Assembly: GCA_950097015.1 (NCBI GenBank)
Contig: CATNEN010000009.1
Location: 434,001-498,000 of the forward strand
Direction of reading: 5' to 3'
Length of the DNA stretch: 64,000 nucleotides
DNA from: Macrostomum hystrix
Lineage: Eukaryota > Animalia > Platyhelminthes
Shown here: positions 1-13,452 of the stretch, piece after piece
Layout: the number at the start of each line of letters is the position of its first letter
How positions within the stretch are numbered: the first letter of the stretch is position 1
Notes under the pieces: generated by a model
What the model saw: only the letters and a program-made list of their open reading frames with translations
Database searches by the model: none
Told to the model about the DNA's origin: nothing
Position numbers and translations under genes: made by a program

Positions 1-1262
1 CTGACACCCTCACAGCTCTGACAGACTCATGTATATATATCTGCTGCTCTGACACCCTCACAGCCCTGACAGACTCATGTATATATATCTGCTGCTCTGA
101 CACCCTCACAGCCCTGACAGACTCATGTATATATATATATCTGCTGCTCTGACACCCTCACAGCTCTGACAGACTCATGTATATATATCTGCTGCTCTGA
201 CACCCTCACAGCCCTGACAGACTCATGTATATATATCTGCTGCTCTGACACCCTCACAGCCCTGACAGACTCATGTATATATATCTGCTGCTCTGACACC
301 CTCACAGCTCTGACAGACTCATGTATATATATCTGCTGCTCTGACACCCTCACAGCCCCGACAGACTCATGTATATATATATCTGCTGCTCTGACACCCT
401 CACAGCCCTGACAGACTCATGTATATATATATATCTGCTGCTCTGACACCCTCACAGCCCTGACAGACTCATGTATATATATATCTGCTGCTCTGACACC
501 CTCACAGCTCTGACAGACTCATGTATATATATCTGCTGCTCTGACACCCTCACAGCCCTGACAGACTCATGTATATATATATATCTGCTGCTCTGACACC
601 CTCACAGCTCTGACAGACTCATGTATATATATCTGCTGCTCTGACACCCTCACAGCCCTGACAGACTCATGTATATATATATATCTGCTGCTCTGACACC
701 CTCACAGCTCTGACAGACTCATGTATATATATCTGCTGCTCTGACACCCTCACAGCCCTGACAGACTCATGTATATATATATATCTGCTGCTCTGACACC
801 CTCACAGCCCTGACAGACTCATGTATATATATCTGCTGCTCTGACACCCTCACAGCTCTGACAGACTCATGTATATATATCTGCTGCTCTGACACCCTCA
901 CAGCCCCGACAGACTCATGTATATATATATCTGCTGCTCTGACACCCTCACAGCCCTGACAGACTCATGTATATATATATCTGCTGCTCTGACACCCTCA
1001 CAGCTCTGACAGACTCATGTATATATATCTGCTGCTCTGACACCCTCACAGCTCTGACAGACTCTTGTATATATAATTGCTGCTCTGACACCCTCACAGC
1101 TCTGACAGACTCATGTATATATATCTGCTGCTCTGACACCCTCACAGCTCTGACAGACTCATGTATATATATATGCTGCTCTGACACCCTCACAGCTCTG
1201 ACAGACTCATGTATATATATCTGCTGCTCTGACACCCTCACAGCTCTGACAGACTCATACGT
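1..1262. repeat. Minisatellite, ~48-52 bp unit (ctgacaccctcacagc[t/c]ctgacagactcatg(ta)nTCtgctgct) with a variable (TA)n core; runs off the window start
   Basis: About 25 tandem copies seen directly; unit length varies only in the internal TA microsatellite. Confidence 0.97.
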
Positions 1263-1603
1263 ATAATATCTCCTGCAAGAAGCAGTTGCCAGCTGTTTAG
1301 CTAAGGTCAGGTTAATTTATTGATTGAAGTGAGTCTTTAGGTCCAGTTAGGTTTCCTGTAATTAATCGAATGTCCGAATTGAATTTAAAGTGGAATGGCA
1401 AAGTGTATTTATGTACGAGTGACTCAGAGAGTAAACTCATTGGCAGCTCAGGCATAGCTAAGGCATTTATTTCAACCTGCACTCGGTTCCTAGCCTTGCA
1501 CAAAGGATTGAGCTTGGCAGAAATGTGTACTTCGCCAACAAATTATAAATTTGAAATCTTAGAATAGCCGGCTGGTTTGAGCAGGTGCATCGCATGCAGA
1601 GAC

Positions 1604-2010
1604 TCAGAGCTCCTCTTTAATATCATTTTTTTCTTTATCGGTTGCTCCGTCATCCACATTGAAGATGAGGCGCTCAGCATCCAGGACGTCGCGCATATAG
1701 AGCACATTCGGGTCGTTGCTACGGGCGTCTCCGGGCAGATCGGGGCGAAACTGTCGGTTGAACTCAATCAGAAAGCGAAGCGCATCGGTGAACCCGCGGC
1801 CTCCGGTCTCGTCTGTCATGCGGCTGGACCGGACCCCGCCCGTCTTCGTCACCATAAGCACCGACATGCCGGGCACCGAGACGGTCATGCCAGCGAGGCC
1901 CACCGATTTGAGCGACTCCGGCGAGTCCGCATGCGGCAGCAGGGCGAAATTGAAATTCCGCGTCAGCTTGCGGGACAGCACCTTGTGCAGCAGGGCGGGC
2001 TTGTCATCCT
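1604..2010 (-). CDS. ER-lumenal thioredoxin-fold (PDI-like, non-catalytic) protein, exon 3 (last), ending ...DIKEEL*
   Basis: Acceptor ccctcccgcag|AG at 2011-2012 is phase 1, matching the exon 2 donor. Reading frame is open to TGA at 1604-1606. C-terminal KEEL is KDEL-like. AATAAA lies on the - strand at ~1466-1471. Confidence 0.75.
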
Positions 2011-2044
2011 CTGCGGGAGGGCCGGTTCGGAAAAATGTAGACAA

Positions 2045-5000
2045 CAGACTGAACATTGGACAGACAGCTGGGCATGTCTATCACACAGGCTGGCATGTCT
2101 AACAGACAGCTGGGCATGTATATCACACAGGCTGGCATGTCTAACAGACAGCTGGGCATGTATATCACACAGGCTGAACATTGGACAGACAGCTGGGCAT
2201 GTCTATCACACAGGCTGGCATGTCTAACAGACAGCTGGGCATCTCTATCACACAGGCTGGCATGTCTAACAGACAGCTGGGCATGTCTATCACACAGGCT
2301 GGCATGTCTAACAGACAGCTGGGCATGTATATCACACAGGCTGAACATTGGACAGACAGCTGGGCATGTCTATCACACAGGCTGGCATGTCTAACAGACA
2401 GCTGGGCATGTATATCACACAGGCTGAACATTGGACAGACAGCTGGGCATGTCTATCACACAGGCTGGCATGTCTAACAGACAGCTGGGCATGTATATCA
2501 CACAGGCTGAACATTGGACAGACAGCTGGGCATGTCTATCACACAGGCTGGCATGTCTAACAGACAGCTGGGCATGTATATCACACAGGCTGAACATTGG
2601 ACAGACAGCTGGGCATGTCTATCACACAGGCTGGCATGTCTAACAAACAGCTGGGCATGTATATCACACAGGCTGGCATGTCTAACAGACAGCTGGGCAT
2701 GTCTATCACACAGGCTGGCATGTCTAACAGACAGCTGGGCATGTCTAACACACAGGCTGGCATGTCTAACAGACAGCTGGGCATGTATATCACACAGGCT
2801 GGCATGTCTAACAGACAGCTGGGCATGTATATCACACAGGCTGAACATTGGACAGACAGCTGGGCATGTCTATCACACAGGCTGGCATGTCTAACAGACA
2901 GCTGGGCATGTCTATCACACAGGCTGGCATGTCTAACAGACAGCTGGGCATCTCTATCACACAGGCTGGCATGTCTAACAGACAGCTGGGCATCTCTATC
3001 ACACAGGCTGGCATGTCTAACAGACAGCTGGGCATGTATATCACACAGGCTGAACATTGGACAGACAGCTGGGCATGTCTATCACACAGGCTGGCATGTC
3101 TAACAGACAGCTGGGCATGTATATCACACAGGCTGAACATTGGACAGACAGCTGGGCATGTCTATCACACAGGCTGGCATGTCTAACAGACAGCTGGGCA
3201 TGTATATCACACAGGCTGAACATTGGACAGACAGCTGGGCATGTCTATCACACAGGCTGGCATGTCTAACAGACAGCTGGGCATGTATATCACACAGGCT
3301 GAACATTGGACAGACAGCTGGGCATGTCTATCACACAGGCTGGCATGTCTAACAGACAGCTGGGCATGTATATCACACAGGCTGAACATTGGACAGACAG
3401 CTGGGCATGTCTATCACACAGGCTGGCATGTCTAACAAACAGCTGGGCATGTATATCACACAGGCTGGCATGTCTAACAGACAGCTGGGCATGTCTATCA
3501 CACAGGCTGGCATGTCTAACAGACAGCTGGGCATGTCTATCACACAGGCTGGCATGTCTAACAGACAGCTGGGCATGTATATCACACAGGCTGGCATGTC
3601 TAACAGACAGCTGGGCATGTATATCACACAGGCTGAACATTGGACAGACAGCTGGGCATGTCTATCACACAGGCTGGCATGTCTAACAGACAGCTGGGCA
3701 TGTATATCACACAGGCTGAACATTGGACAGACAGCTGGGCATGTCTATCACACAGGCTGGCATGTCTAACAGACAGCTGGGCATGTCTATCACACAGGCT
3801 GGCATGTCTAACAAACAGCTGGGCATGTATATCACACAGGCTGGCATGTCTAACAGACAGCTGGGCATGTCTATCACACAGGCTGGCATGTCTAACAGAC
3901 AGCTGGGCATGTCTAACAGACAGCTGGGCATGTCTAACAGACAGCTGGGCATGTCTATCACACAGGCTGGCATGTCTAACAGACAGCTGGGCATGTCTAT
4001 CACACAGGCTGGCATGTCTAACAGACAGCTGGGCATGTCTATCACACAGGCTGGCATGTCTAACAGACAGCTGGGCATGTATATCACACAGGCTGAACAT
4101 TGGACAGACAGCTGGGCATGTCTATCACACAGGCTGGCATGTCTAACAGACAGCTGGGCATGTATATCACACAGGCTGAACATTGGACAGACAGCTGGGC
4201 ATGTCTATCACACAGGCTGGCATGTCTAACAGACAGCTGGGCATGTCTATCACACAGGCTGGCATGTCTAACAAACAGCTGGGCATGTATATCACACAGG
4301 CTGGCATGTCTAACAGACAGCTGGGCATGTCTATCACACAGGCTGGCATGTCTAACAGACAGCTGGGCATGTCTAACAGACAGCTGGGCATGTCTAACAG
4401 ACAGCTGGGCATGTCTATCACACAGGCTGGCATGTCTAACAGACAGCTGGGCATGTCTATCACACAGGCTGGCATGTCTAACAGACAGCTGGGCATGTCT
4501 ATCACACAGGCTGGCATGTCTAACAGACAGCTGGGCATGTCTATCACACAGGCTGGCATGTCTAACAGACAGCTGGGCATGTCTATCACACAGGCTGGCA
4601 TGTCTAACAGACAGCTGGGCATCTCTATCACACAGGCTGGCATGTCTAACAGACAGCTGGGCATCTCTATCACACAGGCTGGCATGTCTAACAGACAGCT
4701 GGGCATGTATATCACACAGGCTGAACATTGGACAGACAGCTGGGCATGTCTATCACACAGGCTGGCATGTCTAACAGACAGCTGGGCATGTATATCACAC
4801 AGGCTGAACATTGGACAGACAGCTGGGCATGTCTATCACACAGGCTGGCATGTCTAACAGACAGCTGGGCATGTATATCACACAGGCTGAACATTGGACA
4901 GACAGCTGGGCATGTCTATCACACAGGCTGGCATGTCTAACAGACAGCTGGGCATGTATATCACACAGGCTGAACATTGGACAGACAGCTGGGCATGTCT

Positions 5001-6856
5001 ATCACACAGGCTGGCATGTCTAACAGACAGCTGGGCATGTATATCACACAGGCTGAACATTGGACAGACAGCTGGGCATGTCTATCACACAGGCTGGCAT
5101 GTCTAACAAACAGCTGGGCATGTATATCACACAGGCTGGCATGTCTAACAGACAGCTGGGCATGTCTATCACACAGGCTGGCATGTCTAACAGACAGCTG
5201 GGCATGTCTAACAGACAGCTGGGCATGTCTAACAGACAGCTGGGCATGTCTATCACACAGGCTGGCATGTCTAACAGACAGCTGGGCATGTATATCACAC
5301 AGGCTGGCATGTCTAACAGACAGCTGGGCATGTATATCACACAGGCTGAACATTGGACAGACAGCTGGGCATGTCTATCACACAGGCTGGCATGTCTAAC
5401 AGACAGCTGGGCATGTATATCACACAGGCTGAACATTGGACAGACAGCTGGGCATGTCTATCACACAGGCTGGCATGTCTAACAGACAGCTGGGCATGTC
5501 TATCACACAGGCTGGCATGTCTAACAAACAGCTGGGCATGTATATCACACAGGCTGGCATGTCTAACAGACAGCTGGGCATGTCTATCACACAGGCTGGC
5601 ATGTCTAACAGACAGCTGGGCATGTCTAACAGACAGCTGGGCATGTCTAACAGACAGCTGGGCATGTCTATCACACAGGCTGGCATGTCTAACAGACAGC
5701 TGGGCATGTCTATCACACAGGCTGGCATGTCTAACAGACAGCTGGGCATGTCTATCACACAGGCTGGCATGTCTAACAGACAGCTGGGCATGTCTATCAC
5801 ACAGGCTGGCATGTCTAACAGACAGCTGGGCATGTCTATCACACAGGCTGGCATGTCTAACAGACAGCTGGGCATGTCTATCACACAGGCTGGCATGTCT
5901 AACAGACAGCTGGGCATGTCTATCACACAGGCTGGCATGTCTAACAGACAGCTGGGTATGTCTAACAGACAGCTGGGTATGTCTAACAGACAGGCGGGTA
6001 TGTCTAACAGACAGGCGGGTATGTCTAACAGACAGGCGGGTATGTCTAACAGACAGCTGGGTATGTCTAACAGACAGCTGGGTATGTCTAACAGACAGGC
6101 GGGTATGTCTAACAGACAGGCGGGTATGTCTAACAGACAGGCTGGCATGTCTAACAGACAGCTGGGTATGTCTAACAGACAGCTGGGTATGTCTAACAGA
6201 CAGGCGGGTATGTCTAACAGACAGGCGGGTATGTCTAACAGACAGCTGGGTATGTCTAACAGACAGCTGGGTATGTCTAACAGACAGGCGGGTATGTCTA
6301 ACAGACAGGCGGGTATGTCTAACAGACAGCTGGGTATGTCTAACAGACAGGCGGGTATGTCTAACAGACAGGCGGGTATGTCTAACAGACAGGCGGGTAT
6401 GTCTAACAGACAGCTGGGTATGTCTAACAGACAGGCGGGTATGTCTAACAGACAGGCGGGTATGTCTAACAGACAGGCGGGTATGTCTAACAGACAGGCG
6501 GGTATGTCTAACAGACAGGCGGGTATGTCTAACAGACAGGCTGGCATGTCTAACAGACAGCTGGGTATGTCTAACAGACAGCTGGGTATGTCTAACAGAC
6601 AGGCAGGTATGTCTAACAGACAGGCGGGTATGTCTAACAGACAGGCGGGTATGTGAAACAGACAGCCGGTATGTCTAACAGACAGGCGGGAATGTCTATC
6701 AGACAGGCGGGTATGTCTAACAGACAGGCGGGTATGTCTAACAGACAGGCGGGTATGTGAAACAGACAGCCGGTATGTCTAACAGACAGGCGGGAATGTC
6801 TATCAGACAGGCGGGTATGTCTAACAGACAGGCGGGTATGTGAAACAGACAGCCGG
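2045..6856. repeat. 4.8-kb intronic minisatellite: 21-bp monomer, 42-bp dimer and 83-bp higher-order unit
   Basis: acagctgggcatgtctatcac/acaggctggcatgtctaacag alternate; gctgaacattgg recurs every 83 bp; pure 21-mers at ~5950-6856. It fills almost the whole of intron 2 of the Trx-like gene. Confidence 0.97.
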
Positions 6857-6894
6857 TTTTTCTAACTGCTGAGCTGGCCATTCTCTGCACTCAC

Positions 6895-7123
6895 TGACTG
6901 TGAAGAGCACCGTAAACTTGGACGGTTTGGAAGCAATGGCTTCAGCCAGCAAAGTCTTGGTGTCCCTCTCTGATTTCAGCACCGTCAAGAAGTCGTCCGG
7001 CACGGAGGACGCCGCGTGATCCAGCGCGGACTTGAAGCCCTCGGTGTCCAGAAACTTCTTCCGCTTCCGGGTCTCCCAGCCGAAGGGCAGCGAGCGGAAG
7101 AAGTGCTTGCTGGGGTCAAAGTT
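6895..7123 (-). CDS. ER thioredoxin-like protein, exon 2 (NFDPSKHFFRSLPFG...KFTVLFTV)
   Basis: Acceptor ctgccgcag|AAC (phase 0) and donor A|gtgagt (phase 1); open frame with GC-rich codon use. Confidence 0.7.
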
Positions 7124-7212
7124 CTGCGGCAGATGGCATCGAGTCAATGTTTCAAAACACGCCACTTCGAATTGTGGCAGATCACATCATCGCAGCCCAC
7201 CAGATTCAATAT

Positions 7213-7566
7213 TCAGAATCCACCAGGTCCCAGCATTCAGAATCATCCCAACCCACCAGGTCCCAGCATTCAGAATCATCCCAACCCACCAGGTCCCAGC
7301 ATTCAGAATCATCCCAACCCCCCAGGTCTCAGCATTCAGAATCATCCCAACCCACCAGGTCCCAGCATTCAGAATCATCCCAACCCCCCAGGTCTCAGCA
7401 TTCAGAATCATCCCAACCCCCCAGGTCTCAGCATTCAGAATCATCCCAACCCACCAGGTCTCAGCATTCAGAATCATCCCAACCCACCAGGTCTCAGCAT
7501 TCAGAATTATCCCAACCCACCAGGTCCCAGCATTCAGAATCATCCCAACCCACCAGGTCTCAGCGT
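7213..7566. repeat. 33-bp minisatellite in intron 1 of the Trx-like gene
   Basis: cagcattcagaatcatcccaacccaccaggtcc, about 11 copies. Confidence 0.95.
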
Positions 7567-7579
7567 GAACCCGCTATAC

Positions 7580-7873
7580 CAGCATTGTGAGCGCCTCCTT
7601 GTCGGCGGCATCCACCAATCCGAACCTGACGAGGCCGCGAACCTCGCCAGCCAGCCGCTTGACCTCCGGGTCCAGAAAGCCGTCGTGCATGTGCAAGACC
7701 CAGGCCTGGTCGTCCTGCAGAGCAATGCTCAAGTTGGACGCGGACAGCGGCACAAAGTCCCGGTAAACCTGGTGGTTCGTCATGAAGACGCTGCGCTTGA
7801 GGCCCTGAGCCTCCACTGAGGCCAGAGTCGGCAGAAGTAGCAGAGCGAGGCAGAAATATTTTTGCGGCAGCAT
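7580..7873 (-). CDS. ER thioredoxin-like protein, exon 1 (signal peptide MLPQKYFCLALLLLPTLASVEA + Trx-like domain lacking CXXC)
   Basis: ATG at 7873 followed by a hydrophobic signal peptide. SASNLSIALQDDQAWVL...LAGEVRGLVRFGLVDAAD resembles the thioredoxin pattern (NF..W.V....LA....G.V..G.VD). Donor CTG|gtatag. The spliced product is 309 aa. Confidence 0.7.
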
Positions 7874-8304
7874 CGCTGAGTGTGCTCTGCTGCTATTCGG
7901 GTTGCTGGGCGCAGCTCCGGCGCAGCAGTTCGGGCTATCTTGTACGCAAGACCTGCTAAGAGCGGAGGCCTTATCTCTCGGCTCATGTGTGGCCTTGAGA
8001 ACAGAGCAGAGGTGCTCAGACCAATTATGGCCTAGGCCAATTGACAAATTAGATTGGACTCAACTCACTGGCTAAGTGAATTCGCCAGGTGCAGCTGGAA
8101 CTCCGTTTGTTATCTCACCCGCCTGTCAGGCCGGGCCTCTATATGTGGACTGGATTCATCGCAGTCAGAAAAGACAAGCATGCAGATCAGCTTTGACACG
8201 TGGACAAGCAGAACATTTCTGTGTCGATTTCAGCGATTTTTCGCTCCAAAGAGTTGTCAATGTCGAATTGGAGTCGAGTGGCAGGGCTGGGCCGGCAGTG
8301 TAAA

Positions 8305-8500
8305 TAGGATGGTACAGCAAGACGGTACCGCAGGAGGTACTGCAGGACGGTACGGCAGGATGGTACAGCAAGACGGTACCGCAGGACGGTACTCCAGGAC
8401 GGTACCGCAGGACGGTACTGCAGGACGGTACTGCTGGGCGTTACTGTCTGACGGTACAGCAGGACGGTACTGCAGGACGGTACAGCAGACGGTACTGCAA
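8305..8500. repeat. Degenerate ~13-bp tandem repeat (ggacggtactgca)
   Basis: Repeated ggacggtac motif seen directly. Confidence 0.85.
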
Positions 8501-9432
8501 GTAGTACTGAGAGTAAGTAGCGAGTGGGGTTTGGAAGGCATTATAAAAAGCCTGCACTCTGAGGAAATCAAGGCTAAGACCGGCCGTCTATGCACCTCTG
8601 ATCCACTCCAGCCCCGGTAGCTCCTCAGTTCCAAGTTGGAATTGCATTAGCCCAACCCACTCACGGCTGGCCATCAATCTTGCACTCAATCAGTGGAGGC
8701 GCACTTTCTCCCGCCTGCCGGCCCCGCGGGCCCGCCCAAAAGTGCTGCCCCATGCAGGCTAGCAATCTCCTGCGCCCAGTAAATCAAAGCGCCCAGCTTG
8801 CCGTGCAACATAATTGTGCTTGAAGCAATTGCCGGGCTGGCTGCACTTTTAACTGCCGAGATTGATTGAGCCCAGAAGCAACTCATAGAAACTGAATGAG
8901 TAGTGCTGCACCTGTTTGCAAGCAAGGGTTACGTTGATTGGTGTCAGCACTCGCCGTGTGTGTATTTGTGTCATAATCAGAATATAGATAGCATCTGCAG
9001 CATGTGTTATGTACATCAGCAGGACTCGCGCTTAGCTTAGCGTGAGCAGTGACACTGGGGTAGGACGGGGTAGACTCTCTCAAGGCTCCGGGGGCAGCCC
9101 TCCAAACTGGACAACTAGGAGTAAAAATTGATTAAGAGTTACTCAGTGGCAGGTGCTGAAAAGCCTTACAGGCTTTTCCTCAGCGTAGTTCGAGTCGAGC
9201 GTAGTTCCTCATACCATTATTGGCTGAGTGAGGTGTTTTCTGAAAGCTTGCCCCGCTGATCGATCAGAGGAATTCATCGATAACTGCCCCGAGTAACCGG
9301 GTAGGCGCCACGCGAGGAGAATCAGCATTACGGGATACGTAAATGTGTAACATGTTCGGAGGCCTCATTTGAGCCGCTAATCCAATTGTAGAAGTGCAAG
9401 CAGCCAAGGAACTCTGGCAGCTTCGGTGCGCT

Positions 9433-10122
9433 CTACATCAGGCTGCACTTTTTCGCTGCCGCATCTTCCGCAGCGTCCGCTTTTGCTGCGCCTGGCGCGG
9501 CTGCCGTGCCCGCTGCTGATGTCCCCGCGCCGGCCTTGTCAGCCGCCTTGTCCGTCTTCTTGTCCGCCTTGCCTTTCTTTTTCTTGTCCCCCACAAGGGC
9601 CATGTTGCGCTCCTTGTCCATCTGCAGCAGCTGAGCAAACAGCTCCGTGACGTTGACGTTCTCCTTGGCTGATGTCTCGATGAATCCGCAGCCCCACTTG
9701 GCAGCGATGGCGCCGCCAACCTCCTTGCTGACATCCCTGGCGGCCTCGTCGCACTTGTTGCCCACAAGCATCATGGGGATTTTTACGATTTCCGGCCCCT
9801 TAATCTCCTTGATTTCTGTCACTATGGCGTTGAGCTCGACCAAGGTGGTCTTAGAGGTCACCGAGTACACCAGGATGAAGGCATGACCCTTGCTCATGCT
9901 CAGCCGCATCATGGCTGGGAACTGGTGTGAACCAGTTGTGTCCGTGATCTGCAGCGTGCACACCTGCTTGTCATTAGTGATCACCTGCCGGTAAGTGTCC
10001 TCCACTGTGGGGATGTAGGCCTCCTTGAAGGTGCCCTTGATGAAGCGTTGGACGAGGGAAGACTTGCCTACCCCAGCCGAGCCGAACACGGCCACTCGGT
10101 AGTCGTTGCTCTGCTCCGGCAT
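9433..10122 (-). CDS. DIRAS: Di-Ras small GTPase, single coding exon, 229 aa
   Basis: [11 protein letters not shown]-terminus, GSAGVGKS P-loop, DIRAS-specific [11 protein letters not shown] switch II, NKCD, ETSAK, and CAAX box CSLM. Confidence 0.95.
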   Translation of the reverse strand: MPEQSNDYRVAVFGSAGVGKSSLVQRFIKGTFKEAYIPTVEDTYRQVITNDKQVCTLQITDTTGSHQFPAMMRLSMSKGHAFILVYSVTSKTTLVELNAIVTEIKEIKGPEIVKIPMMLVGNKCDEAARDVSKEVGGAIAAKWGCGFIETSAKENVNVTELFAQLLQMDKERNMALVGDKKKKGKADKKTDKAADKAGAGTSAAGTAAAPGAAKADAAEDAAAKKCSLM

Positions 10123-10157
10123 AACAGCTCGGCTGCGGTTCTGTGAATGGAGAAGAG

Positions 10158-10808
10158 AAAGTGTTCATGGAGAGTGTTCATGGAACTCTCCAACTGTGCT
10201 CAGTGACAGTGATCATGGAACTCTCCAACTGTGCTCAGTGACAGTGATCATGGAACTCTCCAACTATGCTCAGTGAGAGTGTTCATGGAACTCTCCAACT
10301 GTGCTCAGTGACAGTGATCATGGAACTCTCCAACTGTGCTCAGTGACAGTGATCATGGAACTCTCCAACTATGCTCAGTGAGAGTGTTCATGGAACTCTC
10401 CAACTATGCTCAGTGACAGTGATCATGGAACTCTCCAACTGTGCTCAGTGACAGTGATCATGGAACTCTCCAACTATGCTCAGTGAGAGTGTTCATGGAA
10501 CTCTCCAACTATGCTCAGTGACAGTGATCATGGAACTCTCCAACTGTGCTCAGTGACAGTGATCATGGAACTCTCCAACTGTGCTCAGTGACAGTGATCA
10601 TGGAACTCTCCAACTATGCTCAGTGAGAGTGTTCATGGAACTCTCCAACTATGCTCAGTGACAGTGATCATGGAACTCTCCAACTGTGCTCAGTGACAGT
10701 GATCATGGAACTCTCCAACTGTGCTCAGTGAGAGTGTTCATGGAACTCTCCAACTATGCTCAGTGATAGTGTTCATGGAACTCTCCAACTATGCTCAGTG
10801 GGAGTGAT
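10158..10808. repeat. 35-bp minisatellite just upstream of the DIRAS 5'-UTR splice acceptor
   Basis: gtgatcatggaactctccaactgtgctcagtgaca, about 18 copies; acceptor cacag| at 10141-10142 on the - strand. Confidence 0.95.
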
Positions 10809-12696
10809 CCAGAATAATATCCGGATATCCAGAAGCCTGTACGATGTTCCTAGTGGTCTCTCAGAAAGCCTGAGATACGAACACCAGCCAGGAATGCCGC
10901 ATGTAGGCCTCCTGGTCTAAGGGGGCCCAGTGCGGAAAGTGCAAAACTCGGAGTTCTAACTGCGGCAGCTACTTATGAGCGGGAATGAGGAAAACTGAAA
11001 TAAACAGTCCAAGAGCGATCCCACAGGACTCTGAGCACAGCCTGCCAACAAATTATTGATGAGCTCAGGTGCCACTAGCCAAGTTGGGCTGGAGGCTGCG
11101 GGGCTGGGAGCGGCCGACCGGAAATTTTCCCAATTTGCAGTGAATCTCCCATGCGTCTCGGGGAGTTTTGCCCCAGTGCTGTGTGGCCTACTCAGCATTC
11201 CTCTGCTCCCTGCCTCCCAGATCTGGGACAGAAGAGTTGTCTTCAAACCTAGCAGATCATGTGAGAGTCTTCGAGTCCTTTGCCTGCTTAGAAACTCGAG
11301 TTTGAGAAAGAAAATTTCTCCATTGCACCACAGAAGAGATCAGTTTTAATGGCTGCTGCGGATTCTGAGCTTGAGCTGTCTCAAAGATTTGCGAGTAGAA
11401 CTCTGGATCCTCTAACAAGCCTGAGTGAAATTCATATCTATATTCGGCCAGGTTCGTGATGACAGGTTCGCTTGTTGCTTGGCGGCAGTCAGGGCTTAGT
11501 TAAAGGTGTTCTCCTGTGCTCCGACAGCTAGTACAAAAACAAATGGGAACTGGCCTTCAGCCAGTGAATGAAGACTGCACCCTGGCCATGCTAGTGCGAT
11601 TTTGAGCAGCCCATAGTGCGACTCAAGCGAGTTTCCTGTGACAGACTTGGGTCGAATTGGTTGCAATCAACTAGCCTTTCATCGCACCTGCCAGGTGTGG
11701 GCGGGCAGCCCCAGGCAGTTCTCAGCTCCTGCCTGCTGCTGCTTCAGCACCGCTGTCTGCCATCCCGCGCAATCCGCGTGTTCGAGTCCGCTGGGAAATC
11801 TGCTCACTCGGGAGTCCGGAGTGGCTCAGCCCCGCCTCACAGATTGGGATTAGCCTTCGCGTGCTTCCTCCCTTCCTGCTTAAGTCCTCCCTCGAGAGGA
11901 TTATCGGATTGCAACAGGGATTAGCAGATAGGGATTAAATTTCCGTCAGCCCATCTATCGCCGCTTCCTCTCAAACGGGCGCGGCTCCACTTTAGCTGCA
12001 CTTTCTGACGCTTGACATCTGGCCGTCAGCTCAGCGGGGCCTCACTGCCCCGCTACGTGGTGCCCGCTCTCTCCCCTCACTTGAAACCCGGATTGCCAAG
12101 GCCGTCTCATCCCACCCTCGCCGTCATCGCCATCTGGAATTCCCCCCAGATCCGCCAAGGCGCGAAGGCCGAAAGAGAGGCCACTTTCCTCTTGAAAAGC
12201 CGCCTCATGCAGACCTGCTACCCACATATTTTTATGTGCCAGGCGGCATCGCCAGCTCCGGCTCTGGAATTGTCCTGTCTCTCCCCTCTCCCCCTGGTCT
12301 CCGCCTACAGCCCTCCTGGGGGGAGCCTCTCTGCCCCGTCAGAAGTTCAGCGAGTGGGGAGCGCCAGCCCCGTGGGCGAGGACTGTGGCCGTGATGGGAG
12401 CCCCTGCACTCCAGCAGTTCTCTCCTATCCTCACCCTCTCTGTCTGTCTGCCCCGGAGTCTAAATGCATCCAAAAATGCTCCCAACTCAACGGGAATGGG
12501 GAGAAAAACTGAGCTGCATTGGGAAAAAACTGTCGGCCTCCGCTGAATCGATCAGATCGACCCGACTGGGCGGCCACGGAAAAGATGGGGCTCATTGGGG
12601 ATGGCGAGAGAATTATAATGCGATGCTAAAGGACAAAACTGGCCGCGAGTGAAACACATGGTTATGGTCTCAGCGCCTCATTAAGCTTTGAGCAGT

Positions 12697-13452
12697 CGAG
12701 ACAGAGGGAGACATGCTAGGAGTGTATGAGACAGAGGGAGACATGCTAGGAGTGTATGAGACAGAGGGAGACATGCTAGGAGTGTATGAGACAGAGGGAG
12801 ACATGCTAGGAGTGTATGAGACAGAGGGAGACATGCTAGGAGTGTATGAGACAGAGGGAGATATGCTAGGAGTGTATGAGACAGAGGGAGACATGCTAGG
12901 AGTGTATGAGACAGAGGGAGACATGCCAGGAGTGTATGAGACAGAGGGAGACATGCTAGGAGTGTATGAGACAGAGGGAGACATGCTAGGAGTGTATGAG
13001 ACAGAGGGAGAAATGCTAGGAGTGTATGAGACAGAGGGAGACATGCTAGGAGTGTATGAGACAGAGGGAGACATGCTAGGAGTGTATGAGACAGAGGGAG
13101 AAATGCTAGGAGTGTATGAGACAGAGGGAGAAATGCTAGGAGTGTATGAGACAGAGGGAGACATGCTAGGAGTGTATGAGACAGAGGGAGAAATGCTAGG
13201 AGTGTATGAGACAGAGGGAGACATGCTAGGAGTGTATGAGACAGAGGGAGACATGCTAGGAGTGTATGAGACAGAGGGAGACATGCTAGGAGTGTATGAG
13301 ACAGAGGGAGACATGCTAGGAGTGTATGAGACAGAGGGAGACATGCTAGGAGTGTATGAGACAGAGGGAGACATGCTAGGAGTGTATGAGACAGAGGGAG
13401 ACATGCTAGGAGTGTATGAGACAGAGGGAGACATGCTAGGAGTGTATGAGAC
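12697..13452. repeat. 30-bp minisatellite
   Basis: gagacagagggagacatgctaggagtgtat, about 25 near-perfect copies. Confidence 0.97.

Noticed and set aside
123-6678. Dozens of long ORFs on both strands (e.g. 441 aa, 406 aa)
   Set aside because: They are translations of stop-free minisatellite units lying in an intron or downstream of a gene; no unique sequence or domain.
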